The notes beneath the pieces were generated by a model that searched no databases, was not told where the DNA came from, and was given only the letters and a program-made list of their open reading frames with translations. 64,000 bases of DNA from an uncultured Chloroflexia bacterium (GTDB lineage Bacteria > Chloroflexota > Anaerolineae > CG2-30-64-16): assembly GCA_963810095.1 (NCBI GenBank), contig CAWEMM010000006.1, positions 1,440,001 to 1,504,000 of the forward strand. Direction: 5' to 3'. The translations under genes and the position numbers were made by a program. Positions 10,606 to 22,639 of this stretch are shown here, one piece after another; position 1 is the stretch's first letter; each line of letters opens with the position of its first letter.

Positions 10606-11457
10606 CTAGGGCTCGCTTTGTTTCGCAGGCTGACACACGGGGCAGAAGTGGGTGCTGCGCTGCGTGACCCGAATCCGCTCGATCGGGCCGCCGCACGCGG
10701 GGCAGGCTTTCCCGTACTTCCCATAGACCCGCAGGTGGTTCTGAAAGTAGCCATCTTCGCCGTACGGCGTGCGGTAGTCGCGCAGAAGCGTGCCGCGCTT
10801 GTCGATGGCCTCGTTAAGGACCTCGCGCAGGGAGGCGTAGAGCCGGCCCAGCTCTTCATCGGTCAGGGTGGAAGACTTGCGCAGCGGGTGAATTCCTGCC
10901 CGGTGGAGGGCTTCGTCGGCGTAGATGTTGCCCACCCCGGCGACCGCGGTCTGGTCGAGCAGTAACGCCTTGATGGCGACCTTTCGCTTGCAGATGCGCG
11001 CCGCGAAGTCCTCGGGGCTGAGGTCCCAGGCGAGCGGCTCGGGCCCAAGCTTGCCGGTCACTTCGTCTACGCTGTTAACCAGCCAGATGCGGCCGAACTT
11101 GCGCGAGTCGGTGAACGTCAGCGCGTCCCCGCTCGCACTGCCCAGCGGGGCGAGCGCGAACCAGGCCCGCAAGTGCTTGTCGTCGAGCAAGGGGCTGTCG
11201 GCGGGGACCACGGCCAGCCGGCCCGTCATCCGGAGATGGACGATGAGGGTTTGCCCGTCGTCGAGGTGCACCAGGATGTACTTGCCGCGGCGGCCCACGT
11301 CGACCACCTGGCGGCCGGCCAGCCGCGCTTCGAGCTCGCTCTCCGCGGGCGCGGCCAGGGTGCGGGCCCAGAGAATATGGGCCTCGCCAAAGCGGCGGCC
11401 CGTGATCTGCCCGCGCAGGTCGCCGGCGACGGTTTCGACTTCAGGGAGTTCAGGCAT
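10606..11457 (-). CDS. mutM: Formamidopyrimidine-DNA glycosylase
   Basis: MPELPEVET, HLRMTG, GVGNIYADE and C-terminal zinc finger CPAC...CPVCQ. Confidence 0.97.
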   Translation of the reverse strand: MPELPEVETVAGDLRGQITGRRFGEAHILWARTLAAPAESELEARLAGRQVVDVGRRGKYILVHLDDGQTLIVHLRMTGRLAVVPADSPLLDDKHLRAWFALAPLGSASGDALTFTDSRKFGRIWLVNSVDEVTGKLGPEPLAWDLSPEDFAARICKRKVAIKALLLDQTAVAGVGNIYADEALHRAGIHPLRKSSTLTDEELGRLYASLREVLNEAIDKRGTLLRDYRTPYGEDGYFQNHLRVYGKYGKACPACGGPIERIRVTQRSTHFCPVCQPAKQSEP

Positions 11458-11540
11458 CTGCAGGCTTTTTCTTCATGGTTCCTGTTGCACAAAAAGGCGG
11501 GCATAGCCCGCCTTTGCATCGTAAGAGAGGACCGGGTCCT

Positions 11541-13516
11541 TCAGTTCGATCGGGCGTCCCACATGGCTTCTCGGGTCAGGGGCAGGAGCCCCACGGCCTT
11601 GCCGTCGACATCGGTCAGAGTCAGCAGCCAGCCGGTTCCGGTATCGTGTGCGGCGAGGATCTGGCTCTCGGACACCCACCGCGGGCCAACGATGCTCGTT
11701 GCGTTTGCAAGCCGCGCCGGCTCGCGGCCAGGCGCACCGGCGAATATCTGGAAATTATCCTGGTAAATGAACTCGTTTCCCTGAGGCGACCAGCTGATGA
11801 ATTCGCCCTGGTTTGTCGACGCGTAGAGCTCAGATTGGGTGCCATCAGCCTTCGCCAGGTACAACTCCTTTGTCGCCAGCGTATCGTCAGTCCACCGAGT
11901 GTATGCCATCGCGTTGCCAACCGGCGACCAATAGACCTCCGACGCATCGACCTGGCCGGCTTCCTTGGCGTCGCCGTTGGCCGTCACCCGGTACAGCTTC
12001 GTCCCGTTTGGCGGCACAGGCGTCCCGTAGTCTGCTGTCGGGATAGCGACCCAAGCTTGCTTGCCGTCGGGCGCCCAGACAACCTGGTTGTCGTAGCCGT
12101 TCTTCCCCGGGCTGGCCGGGAAGGTCAGCACCGTCTTGCTCTTCCCGTCTTTTGCGTCCACAAGGTTCAGGGTGCCTTCGGGGTTTTCCACGGTGCCGTA
12201 CTGCAGGACCAGGTACTGCTTACCGTCCGGCGAAAAATAGGGCCGCCACGCCGCGCCCAACTCGCCGACACGCCGCAGCTTGCCCGTCTCAACATCGACT
12301 TGCCAAACCTCGGTCTTGACCTGCAGCGAGGTCTGGGGGTCGGGGACCACCGCCATCGTGACGGTGAGCGTGTTCGGTTCCGCGCCCCAGCGCGTGTCGC
12401 TGATTGCCCGCCGCACGTAGCCCGTGGGTAGTCCCTCGGTTGGCAGCTTGTTGTCGTCGAGCAGCAGCTTGGGCTGGCCGCCTTCCCAGCGGACCGCCCA
12501 TACTTGCAGGCCCTGCTCGGCGTAGATCCGATAGACGACCCAACGCTGGTTCGGCGAGAGCTGGGGCGTGTTGATGCCGCGGCCCTGCACGAGCTGGCGC
12601 AGCCCGCCGTCCCGGTCGATGGCCCACAAGGCGTTCAGGTCCGAATACGCCATGCGCACGCCCGGGGGCAGCGCTTCGGCCAGCGGCCGGCCGGGCGGGG
12701 TTGCCTCGGGCGTCAGGAACTCGGGCGGAATGCCGACCGGCGACGACGGCCCGCCGCCGCCGCGACCCATCGCGGCCGCACCCATTTCCGGAGCAGCTGC
12801 GGCAGCGGCCGCACCTGCCGCCCCGATGCCGGGCGTCTCGGTCGCAGGCGCGGCCTTGGCCATCAGCGGCGCTTCGACGGTGGGTGAAGGCTCAGGTTGG
12901 GCCGGAGTCGCAGCGGGCGCGGGCGCCGGTGCAACGTCCGCCGCTGCATCGGTGGGCGGGGCAGACATCAGGGCGGGCTGGGGCGCCTCGGTTGCAGCCG
13001 GCGGCGCGTTTTCCGCGCTCGACTGGGCTGCGGACGCGGCGGCTGCGGCGGGAGGCGCTTCAGTGGGGGCGGCGGCAGAAACCGGCTGCGTCTCCGCGAG
13101 TTGTGCGACGGGCGCTGGGCTTGGGACCGCGCGGGCGACAGTCTGCGGCGGGTTCCACGGCGCCTTGTCCGGCTCGCAGCAGGCTGAAGGCGACGAACGC
13201 AACCACCAGGACGGCCGCGACCGCGCCGAGGCCGCGCGCGAGCCCGCCCATCCAGCCGGGCGAGGCGGCGGGCCGGCGAATGCCGACCTGTGCCTCTGAG
13301 AGTGTGAATGCGCGAGGCACCGCGACGCGAGGCAGGGTTTGCAGCAGGTACACGGTGCGGCGCAGGCTGTCCAGCTCTGCCGCGGCACTCCATGCACTGC
13401 TGCAGGTGCGCGTCGATGTACGCTCGCTCGGCCGGCGCAGCCTGTTGATCCAGGTACGCGGAAAGCTGCTCGACCTGGACGTGGCCCCGGACCGGGCCTC
13501 CGAAAAGTGATTTCAT
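11541..13516 (-). CDS. Zinc-binding (ZAS) transmembrane anti-sigma factor with Pro/Ala linker and TolB-like beta-propeller (frameshifted)
   Basis: 'LSAYLD...AHLQQCMECR' (HxxxCxxC); TM 'LGAVAAVLVVAFVAFSLL'; repeated SPDG/WSP propeller motifs; lies directly downstream of an ECF sigma. Confidence 0.75.
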
Positions 13517-13672
13517 GGAAAACTCACGACCAAAAAGAATACAAACTGTAGCATGCGCCAGGTTGGCGACGAGTGGGGAGCGGGTAGAGCAGTTGCCCAC
13601 CGCCTTGGGCCGCTCCGCCTGGCCTCCGGCCTCGCCGGCGCCTCACCAGCCGTGCTGGTGCCCGCTCTTATG

Positions 13673-14441
13673 CTAACTGTCAGTGAGACGGTAGCTTGCG
13701 GGCAAAAGTTCCTGGTGCTCCAGGAGCAGGTCGCGCACCTTGGCGCGCGCGCGAGAGCCGCGATTTGACGGTGCCCAGCGCCGCACCGGTCGCATCGGCG
13801 ATCTCCTGGTAGTCCAGGCCCTCGACATCAGACAGCACGAGTGCGGTGCGCTGGTCGGGGGGCAGCTGGCTGATCGCCGCCTGGATGGCGACGGCCAGCT
13901 CCTGGCGCATCGCATGATCCTCGGGGCGCTCGCCGCCGTCGATCAGCCGGGAGTCGTACTCGGGATCGTCCTCGTCCTCTTCGCTTTCGAGCGGAGTGGT
14001 GGGCCGGCGCTTGCGTGCGCGCAGCGCGTCGTAGCAGGTGTTGGTAACGATCCGTAGCACCCACGACTTGAACGAGCCCCCGCGGTACTGGCCGAGCCGT
14101 TGATAGGCTTTAATGAAGGCGTCCTGCGTGGCGTCTGCCGCAAGGTCGGCATCGTTTGTGAGCCGGTACGCGATGTTGTAGGCCAGGCTCTGATAATGGA
14201 GGATCAGTTGGTTAAATGCCGGAAGGTCGCCGCGCTGGGCCGCGGCCAGCAGTGCGGCTTCGTCGTATTCCTGCCGTCCGGGTCCGCGGCCGCGCGGACC
14301 GCCCGGCCACGCGTCGTGGTAGCCCTCGTCGCGCACCGATGTGGTCAGCACGACGAAAGATGCCCTGGCGGGCCAGGCTAACGCCTGCCACAGCCAGGCT
14401 GGCGCTCCTATGATATTCCGGGCCAGATCCGTTCGCGCCAC
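13673..14441 (-). CDS. ECF sigma-70 factor (SigW/RpoE-like; start uncertain, frameshift near the 3' end)
   Basis: 'AADATQDAFIKAY', 'FKSWVLRIVTN' and 'GLDYQEIA...GTVKSRLSRAR'. Confidence 0.9.
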
Positions 14442-14582
14442 GCTCGGGAATCCGGCCTAAAAAGCTCAGACATTCACCCCACCAGTTACCACAACATGCT
14501 GCAATGGGTGCTGCAGACTGCCGGCACTCGCCCGCAATTCACATCACCGGGAAAGCCGTGATCAGTTACAAGACGAACAAAC

Positions 14583-14611
14583 TTGACCTAAGCACTGCGT
14601 TAGATTATACT
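14583..14611 (+). promoter_or_regulatory. sigma70-type promoter of tRNA-Leu
   Basis: TTGACC-17 bp-TATACT, about 40 nt upstream of the tRNA. Confidence 0.7.
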
Positions 14612-14650
14612 CTGGACTTGCATTGCCGGATGCAACGGCTAGCTATGCTT

Positions 14651-14733
14651 GCCGAAGTGGCGGAACGGTAGACGCGACGGTCTCAAACACCGTTGGGGGT
14701 TGCCCCATGTGGGTTCGATTCCCACCTTCGGCA
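14651..14733 (+). tRNA. tRNA-Leu (anticodon CAA)
   Basis: Acceptor stem GCCGAAG/CTTCGGC plus discriminator A; anticodon arm ACGGT-CTCAAAC-ACCGT; long variable arm; T-loop GGTTCGATTCC; CCA not encoded. Confidence 0.95.
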
Positions 14734-15029
14734 CTTCTGATCCCGTCCGGGTGCTTTTACACCCGCGACGCCCTCGCTTTCTTCTTTTGTCCTGTTTGTT
14801 GCGAGGGACCTTGCCCTTCGTGTGAGCCGCAGTTGCCAGCGCAATTGCTCATTGCACGTGCGGCGCCATTATAGCAGTCTTGCGGGTTCGGAAGCAAAGG
14901 CTGCGTCCCAAAATCTCAAACGGGGATCTGTCCCAGATGCATGACGCTTCGGGCAGAGCGTCTGAACCGTCCTGCATAGACCACAGGACGCAAAGGGCGC
15001 AAAGCCCTGATTCCCTGCGCGAAAGCCAC

Positions 15030-16361
15030 ATGACAACACACCACCGTCACATCCGCGGCCCCCAAGGCCAGCGGCCGGTTCCATTCCGCTTGGTTACGTT
15101 CCTCGTGCTGATTGTGCTTGCTCTGCTGGCCGCTGCTTGCGGCGGGCGTGGCGCCTCCGGCACTTCGGAGAGCCGCGACGTGTCACTGCGCCAGATCGCG
15201 GCCCAGTACGCGCAGACGGGCGATCTTCAGCAGGCGCAAACGGCGCTCGACAAGCTCAATCTGGCCAATCCGGGCCAACTGCTGTTGGCCCTCGGCGAGT
15301 CGGACATGAGTGCTGGCGCCCCACGGGATGACGTGCAGGCCGTCGCGAACCTGGCCGGCGCCCTCGGCGCACGCAGCCAGAAGCTGGTGGCCTACTTGGC
15401 GCCGCCGGCGAGCGCCGCGCCGACGAAAGATGCAGGCGCGCCACTGGCAGTGGAAACCGTCTTGGCGGTCACCCTCGAGGCGCCGACCGTCGCTCCGTCG
15501 CCCACTGCTCCACCGCCGACGGCCGCCCCTACGGCGACCGCCGAACCTGCGACCGCGACCTCGGCCCCGCCGACGAATAGTCCGACGCCCGAGCCACAGA
15601 ACCCGCGGGTGGTGGCGAGCAGCGACGTGAACCTGCGCGGCGGCCCCGGCAAGGCGTATCCCGTCGTGGCACGGCTGCGCAACGGCCAGGAAGTCGCCAT
15701 CGTCGGCCGCAATGCCTCAGGCGACTGGTGGCAGCTCGAGATGCCCGGCGTCAAGCAGGCTTGGGTAGCGGGCACCGTGGTCAAGGTGCTTGGGGCCATC
15801 GACACGGTCAAAGTGGCCCAGAACATCCCGCCCGTGCCCACCGCTGCACCCCGACCCACGGCTGCGCCGCAGCCACCGGCCGCCGCAGCACCTGCGCCTG
15901 CGCCTGCCCCTTCCGGACCGCATTTCACGCTCGTTGGGCGCCGCCTGTGGACGGTCGAGGAAACCGGCGGCGTGGTGGCCGGGGGCCTGTCGGTTAACTG
16001 CGGCGGCCAGCACACGCTGCACGTCTATGTCAAAGACGCCGCCGGCAACCTGCTGAACGGCGTGACCATTAAGGAGACGGGCGGGGTGCAACAGGAGTTA
16101 GTGTCGGGCAGCAAGGGGCCTGGCATGGCCGAGTACGATCTGTACCCTCCGGGCAAGGACGTGGCCATCGCACGGGACGCGGATGGTCGCCAGGCAACGA
16201 GCGATACGGGCGCTGCGCCGAGTGTTGTCACTGCCATCCCATTTGATATTCTACGCAGTGGGCACTATTGTACGTCTGATGACGACTGCGCTCATCTGGT
16301 ACGGGAGAACGGCTGCACCGGTCATTACTCGTGGGACCTGGTTTTCCAGCGCAACTATTAG
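15030..16361 (+). CDS. Lipoprotein with Pro/Thr linker, bacterial SH3 domain and an uncharacterised C-terminal domain
   Basis: Lipobox LAAAC; SH3b-like 'VNLRGGPGKAYPVV...GRN..GDWWQL...AWV'. Confidence 0.8.
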   Translation: MTTHHRHIRGPQGQRPVPFRLVTFLVLIVLALLAAACGGRGASGTSESRDVSLRQIAAQYAQTGDLQQAQTALDKLNLANPGQLLLALGESDMSAGAPRDDVQAVANLAGALGARSQKLVAYLAPPASAAPTKDAGAPLAVETVLAVTLEAPTVAPSPTAPPPTAAPTATAEPATATSAPPTNSPTPEPQNPRVVASSDVNLRGGPGKAYPVVARLRNGQEVAIVGRNASGDWWQLEMPGVKQAWVAGTVVKVLGAIDTVKVAQNIPPVPTAAPRPTAAPQPPAAAAPAPAPAPSGPHFTLVGRRLWTVEETGGVVAGGLSVNCGGQHTLHVYVKDAAGNLLNGVTIKETGGVQQELVSGSKGPGMAEYDLYPPGKDVAIARDADGRQATSDTGAAPSVVTAIPFDILRSGHYCTSDDDCAHLVRENGCTGHYSWDLVFQRNY

Positions 16362-16420
16362 CGCACCTACTGATGCCGAGCTGCGCTGACGTGTGTCTCG
16401 GCAGACAGGGAGATTAGCCT

Positions 16421-18164
16421 GTGAAAGAATCCATGATGGAAAACACCCCGCTCTTCTCGGTGCTCACCGAGGAGCAGCGGTCAGTCATCGCAGACCGCAT
16501 GACGGAGGAAAAGCGCCGGGCGGGCGAGATCATCTACCAGCAAGGCCGGCCCGCGGGGGCGCTGTTCCTGATTCGCTCGGGCTGGGCGCGGCTCCTGAGC
16601 GACCAGATGGGCGTGCTCAGCAACGTGGGCGCCGGTTCGCTGCTGGGCGAGACCGACCTGATCCTGGGCCGGGCCTACAGCGTATCGGCCGAGGCCGCCT
16701 CTGACGTGTCGCTCTGGGCGCTGCGCGAGGCTGATCTCAAGGTGATTTTCCAGGAGCAGCCGGCCATCGCGCGTGCGCTGAAGGTGGCGATGGGCGTCAG
16801 CGAGGACCAGACGCTGGAGCGGCACCTGCGGAAGCTCGAGATCATGCAGGGGCTGAGCGCGGCCGACCTGCACGATATCGCGGCGCATCTGCGACCCGAG
16901 CGCTTTGTCGCGGGCCAGACGATCTACCGCCAGGGCACGGATGGCGAGTCGATGTACCTGATCGACGAGGGCCAGGTGCAGCTGACGGGCACGTCGGGCC
17001 TCGTCGCCAGCGTGGGGCCGGGCGACGAGTTCGGCGACGGCGCGTTTCTGACGGGCGAGCCCCGCAGCGTGACCGCAATCGCACTGACCGATGTCATCGC
17101 CTGGTCGTTCGGCCGGGCCGACTTCGAGCAACTGGCGCTGCGCTACCCGATCATGGCGCTCAATCTCAGCCGGGGCGTCTCACGGCGCCTGCGCGAACGC
17201 AACCTGCGGGGCGCGGCAGTGGTTTCCGCGGCAGTGCCGCCACCGCCTTCGCCTGCAGTCACGACCGCGGAGACGGCCGGGGCCCTCACCGCGCTCTATA
17301 AGGCATCGACGACCCCCAAAGCCTCCTGGTGGAGCCAGAGCAGCTACGGGCGCGAAGATCCGCCTGGTGGCCGTGGTGGTCCTCCTGCTCTGGGTGCTGG
17401 GCGCCGCTGCGGTTGCGGTCATCAACTCGCTTGTGTCGCAGAACACGGGCGTCAGCCGGACGGCCCCCATGGCCGCCGGCTTCCAGGAGCGGGCGGTCCT
17501 CGTCGCCCTCGCCGCCGACCTGCCGGTCGACATGACGGCCACCTATACACCGTGGCCCACCGAGACGCCGCTGCCCACGCCGACCTTCACGCCGACGGCA
17601 ACGCCGACCAACACGCCCATCCCGACGGCCACGTTTACCCCAATGCCGACCGACACCCCGGTGCCGCCGACCAAGACGCCTGTGCCGACGCGCGTGCCGG
17701 TCAAGGCGGTTGCCCGTGCCGCGGCTGCGCCGGTGGCCGCCGCTGCGCCGGCCGTCCAAGCGGCAAAGGCCGTTGCCGCACCGAGCGTGCAGTTCAGCCT
17801 GGCCGAGATGCGCCACCTCACGCCTTGTGAGAACCACGGCATGCACAATATCTTCGTCAAGATTGTGGATGCCGGCGGCAACCCCGTCGACGGCGTAACC
17901 CTGGCGCAGACCCCCAAGGGGGAATACGGGAATGCCGTGGATCGGCAGGTGACCGGTTCCAAGGGCCCGGGCATGGCCGAGTTCGTGATGTGGAAGGGTG
18001 CGGAGTATTCCGTGTACATCACCGGGGATGGCGCAAATCCGGGCAACACCGATATCGCATCGGGCCTGCATCCCAACTTCCCGGACGAGCCATCGGCCGA
18101 GTGTCCCATGGGCAACACGCTATTCCACAATTCCTGGAGCGTGGTGTTCCGCAAGAACTTCTAG
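16421..18164 (+). CDS. Protein with two cNMP-binding domains, a TM helix, a PT linker and an extracellular domain (frameshift near 17345)
   Basis: Two Crp-type repeats 'GEIIYQQG...LFLIRSG' and 'GQTIYRQG...MYLIDEG...FGDGAFLTGEPRS'; continues in ORF 17091..18164. Confidence 0.8.
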
Positions 18165-18190
18165 GCCGCAAGTTGCCGTCGGGCAACGCC

Positions 18191-18243
18191 AACCTCCGAG
18201 GTCGCCTCAGCGTCGCTGAGGGTCAGGACCCCGGAGGTTTTTT
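18191..18243 (+). terminator. Branched hairpin with U-tract after the cNMP gene, built from the ACCTCCGAGGT REP-like motif
   Basis: AACCTCCGAGGTC...GACCCCGGAGGTT followed by a T run; inner stem CCTCAGCG/CGCTGAGG. Confidence 0.6.
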
Positions 18244-18389
18244 GTTGCGATTGACACAATCGATCTGCGGGGAGTAAACTGGCTTTGCCCTCGCGAATCG
18301 GAAGTGGGCATGCGGTTAGATGACGCACCGCGCATTTACAATAACGGCGATACTGTGCCCCGATCGAGCAAAGGACGGAGGTTGTACCC

Positions 18390-19532
18390 ATGCTGAGCTA
18401 CAAGCTGACCGACGAACAGGAAATGATCCGGGACATGGCCCGGAGTTTTGCAAAGAAGGAAATTCTCCCCGTCGCCGAGCACTACGACACGAGTGAAGAG
18501 TACCCCTGGCCGATCATCAAGAAGGCCAATCCGCTCGGCTTGATCAGCTCCAACATTCCCGAAGCCTACGGTGGGCCGGGCTTTGGCGTCCTCGAAGAGT
18601 GCATCATCAACGAGGAACTGGCGTGGGGTTGCTCGGGCATCCAGACCGCGCTCATGCTGAACAACCTGGCCGCCTGGCCCATCATTTTGGCCGGGAACGA
18701 GGCGCAGAAGCAGAAGTACCTCACCCGGCTGACGGCAGGCGGCGAGCTGGCATCGTACGGGCTGACCGAGCCGGCGGCCGGGTCAGACGTGGCAGGCATT
18801 CTGACGACCGCGGTCAAGAAGGGCGACGAGTATTATCTGAACGGCACCAAGACGTGGATCACGAACGCACCCGTCGCGAGTTTCTTCATCATTTTTGCCA
18901 AGACCGACCCCGCGGGCCGGCACCGCGGCATGACCGCCTTCATCGTCGAGCGCAACTGGCCGGGGGTCAGCGTCGGCAAGCCCATCCGCAAGCTGGGGCA
19001 GCACGCGGCCTGGACGGGCGAAATCGTGATGGAGGACGTGTGCGTACCGGCCGAGAACCGGCTGGGCAACGACGGCGACGGGTTCATGATCGCGATGAAG
19101 GTCTTCGATCGCTCGCGGCCGCCCGTGGCAGCCGCCGCGGTGGGGGTGGCGAGGCGGGCGCTGGACGAGGCAACGAAGTATGCCATGGAGCGCAAGGCAT
19201 TCGGCAAGCCGATTGCTGTGAACCAGGCGATCAGTTTCATGCTGGCCGACATGGCGATGAACATCGAGGCGTCGGAGCACCTGACCCGGCACGCCGCGTG
19301 GCTGATCGACCAGGGCAAGTCGAACGTGAAGGAAGCGGCCATGGCCAAGGCCTTTGCGGCCGACACGGTAATGAAGGCGACGACGGACGCGGTACAGGTC
19401 TTCGGCGGCTACGGCTACAGCGCTGAATACCCTGTCGAGAAGCTGATGCGCGACGCCAAGATTTACCAGATTTACGAGGGCACGAGCCAGATCCAGCGGG
19501 TAATCATCGCACGCGAGCTGACAAAGGGCTGA
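18390..19532 (+). CDS. Acyl-CoA dehydrogenase
   Basis: [23 protein letters not shown] and [10 protein letters not shown]. Confidence 0.95.
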   Translation: MLSYKLTDEQEMIRDMARSFAKKEILPVAEHYDTSEEYPWPIIKKANPLGLISSNIPEAYGGPGFGVLEECIINEELAWGCSGIQTALMLNNLAAWPIILAGNEAQKQKYLTRLTAGGELASYGLTEPAAGSDVAGILTTAVKKGDEYYLNGTKTWITNAPVASFFIIFAKTDPAGRHRGMTAFIVERNWPGVSVGKPIRKLGQHAAWTGEIVMEDVCVPAENRLGNDGDGFMIAMKVFDRSRPPVAAAAVGVARRALDEATKYAMERKAFGKPIAVNQAISFMLADMAMNIEASEHLTRHAAWLIDQGKSNVKEAAMAKAFAADTVMKATTDAVQVFGGYGYSAEYPVEKLMRDAKIYQIYEGTSQIQRVIIARELTKG

Positions 19533-19535
19533 GAC

Positions 19536-19624
19536 GAATTAGGACACTGATTGAACTGTTGAGACGGATGCACCTGATCTCTTTCGCAAAGACAGGGCAG
19601 ATCAGTTCAATATGCGTCCCATTC
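19536..19624. repeat. Imperfect long palindrome, GGACACTGAT family (copy 1)
   Basis: GAATTAGGACACTGATTGAACTG ... CAGTTCAATATGCGTCCCATTC; related to the palindrome at 26022..26133. Confidence 0.55.
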
Positions 19625-19688
19625 CAGGTCAAAACGCTGACCGCGCCGATGGTCATGACGGTCGCGGGGCCGGGCGCGTACCAAACCC

Positions 19689-19721
19689 AGACCTCGGAGG
19701 TTTTCAAAACCTCCGAGGTCT
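19689..19721. repeat. Perfect 33-bp REP-like palindrome
   Basis: AGACCTCGGAGGTTTT-C-AAAACCTCCGAGGTCT. Confidence 0.75.
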
Positions 19722-19743
19722 TTGATCGTTTCACGGAGGAAGC

Positions 19744-22240
19744 ATGCCGCCATTGGTGAAAGCAACCGCCGCCACGCTAAGCGCCACCCTGACCGGCGTT
19801 GGTCGCGCCCGCCGGCCCACGCTGAAAGGCCATCTGCGACTCCCCGAGTTGAGCGGCCCGGTCGAGGTCTTTCGGGATGCGTGGGGGGTGCCCCATCTCT
19901 ACGCCGGCAGCGCGGCGGATCTCTGTTTCGCGCAGGGCTTTGTCCATGCCCAGGACCGGCTTTGGCAGATGGATTTCCAGCGCCGCCTCGTCGCCGGCCG
20001 GCTGGCCGAGGTATTGGGGCCGGCGGTGGTGGGCGTGGACCGCAGCCTGCGGGTGCTCGGCATGTACCGGGTGGCAGAGGCGGAGGTAAGCCTCCTGAGC
20101 GCGGAGGCGCGGCGAGAGGCTGAGGCCTACGCCTCGGGCGTCAACGCGGCCATCGAACGGCAGCCGCTGCCGGTCGAGTTCACCTTGCTGCGCTACCGGC
20201 CTTACCCTTGGCGAGCGGCGGACTCGCTGTGCTGGGCGAAGATGATGTCATGGGCGCTGTCGGTCAACTGGGAGAGCGAGCTGCTGCGCGCGAGGCTGAT
20301 CGAAGTGCTGGGCGTAGAGCGGGCCGCGCAGCTCGAGCCGCTGCTGGCAAGCCCGATTGTAACGGGGGGCGAGCGGCGTCCCGCGCACCCCTACGGGCCG
20401 CTGCCGCCGCGGAATGCGGCGCAAGGACGTGAAGGGGCCGCTCAAGCCGACAGCGCACCAGAAATCCACATGCCTTCCACGCCGGGCACCCCCGGCAGCA
20501 ATAACTGGGTCATTGCTGGCGCGCACACGGCCAGCGGCAAGCCCCTTCTGGCGAACGATATGCACCTGTTGGTCTCCGCGCCGGCCATCTGGTACGAGAA
20601 CCACCTTGTCTGCACCGATCCCGGCAGCCCGGTCGACGTCACCGGCGTTTCATTTCCCGGGATTCCTTTTGTGGTCGCCGGGCATAATGACCGCGTGGCC
20701 TGGGGCTTTACCAACGGCTTCCCCGACGTGCAGGACCTGTTTGTCGAGCACCTCCGCCGGACCGAGCGCGGGGTGGAGTACGAGCACCGGGGCCAATGGC
20801 TGCCCGCCGAGGTGCGGCGGGAGGAAATCCGGGTCAAGGGCGAGGCCGCGGTAACGGAAGAAGTCATCGTCACGGTCCACGGGCCGGTCATCAACCGGCT
20901 GGCGGTGGGACTGGCGATGCAGCCCGGCGCGGACGGTCTGCCTGAGCAGCCGCTCGCGTTGTGCTGGACCTCGCTGACGCCCCACCCAATGGTGGAGTCG
21001 CTGCGGGCCATGAACCGGGCGAGTTCGTGCGCCGAGTTCCGGGAAGCCTTGCGCGGCTGGGTCGCGCCGACCCAGAACGTGGTCTATGCGGACACGGACG
21101 GCAACATCGGCTACACCTTCGCCGGTCGAGTGCCGATCCGCCCGCGGGGCGAAGGCCGCGTGCCCGCGCCGGGCTGGACCGGCGAGTATGACTGGGCAGG
21201 CTGGATTCCTTTTGAGGAATTGCCGCACCAACAGAACCCGGCCGAGGGCTACATCGTGTCGGCCAACAACCAGCCGGTCGACGAGAGTTATCCGTACTTC
21301 ATCGGGCGGGAGTTTGCCCTGGGCGACCGGGCCGGCCGGATTGCCGAGCTCATCCGCTCGGGTTCCGCCATCAAGCCGAGCGACATCCGGATCATGCAGC
21401 TGGACCAGGAGGCGTCGTCGCTGAAGCGGCTCGCGAGTGTCTTGGGCGGGCTGGAGCCCTCCGAGCCGGAGCTGCGGGGCTTGGTGACCCTGGTCAGGGC
21501 ATGGGACGGCCGGCTGACGGCGGAAACCCCTGCGGGCACGATCTGCGAGATCAGCGGCCCGCGAGGTGCAGATGCTGGTGATGAGGGCCGTGTTGGGCGA
21601 AGCCGGCGTTAGCGTGACGCCTGAGAACCCGATTCCCCTCGTCGAACGGGTGTTGGGTCGCGGGCCCACCCCTGGGATCCAGGACTTTAGCGCTTTCTAT
21701 CACCGAGTTTGGGAGTGGCTGTACTCGGTGTTGGAGGAGCCGGCGTCGGAGTGGTGGGATCTGGGGGGCGGCGAGACGCGCGACGACGTGCTGCTGGTTG
21801 CGCTCCGGCGCACCTACGACTACCTCGCCGACCGACTGGGCCAGCCTGACCTGCCCGGCTACGCACAATGGGCGTGGGGCCGGCTTCATACCGTGACGTT
21901 CGGGCACGTTGCCGGGCAGGCCCCCACGGTGGCGCGCCATTTCAATCGCGGCCCGTACCCGGTCGGTGGAGATGAAAACACGGTGTTTGCGACCGGCGGC
22001 GGTGTGACCCCCGAAGCCAGCCGGGCCGTGGTCGCGCCGCCCTTCCGCTTCATCGCGGACCTGTCCGACTTGTCGCGCTGCTACGGCTTGCTGGCCCCGG
22101 GCAACTCGGGGCGACCTGACAGCCCGCACTATGATGACCAGGTTGAGGCGTGGTTCAAGGGAAAGTATCATCCGATGCTGTACAAGCGGGAGGATGTGGA
22201 GCGGGGCGCCCGGCGCAAGCTCATTTTGGCGCCGGCATAG
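19744..22240 (+). CDS. Penicillin acylase family (Ntn-hydrolase, S45; frameshift near 21560)
   Basis: RDAWGVPH, QDRLWQMD, GSNNW nucleophile, NDMHL and PGNSG...PHYDDQ. Confidence 0.9.
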
Positions 22241-22620
22241 GGGGGCTTTCTTTTGTTGGGGGCCGCCGGCCCCATCCATTGGATATGTCTTCTGTTGGGG
22301 GCCGCCGGCCCCCAACGCCCCGGCCGAGGGGCTGCGCCCCCTCGACCCCCAAACTTACTCGGGGAACAGTTCATTTGTGGAGCAACGGCTGGGGCCCACG
22401 GACCGCTGCGGGGCTGCCAGTTGCGGGCTTGCACGAGGCCGGCATTTTAGGAAATGCGCGAGCAATAGCCTCCTCGGGGACATGCAGACGCCGATCTCTT
22501 TGGCGATAACTACGCCAGGAGCGTAGCAATTGGGGGTCTCGGGGGCAACGCCCCCGAGGCGGGGTTGGCAGGGGCCGGCCGGCCCCTGCCAAAAGACCGG
22601 AACCTCGAAGCGGGGTGGAC
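22241..22620. repeat. Dispersed nested-hairpin element, complete copy A
   Basis: Left arm GTTGGGGGCCGCCGGCCCCCAAC + GAGGGGCTGCGCCCCCTCGACCCCCAA; core; right arm GGAGCGTAGCAATTGGGGGTC...; homologous to 37739/40955, 56760-57270 and 61378. Confidence 0.75.
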
Positions 22621-22639
22621 GGAGGCCGCCGGCCCCTGC

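Noticed and set aside
14651-14830. tRNA-Leu as an integration site for an island or prophage
   Set aside because: No integrase, no duplicated tRNA 3' end and no phage genes seen in the window
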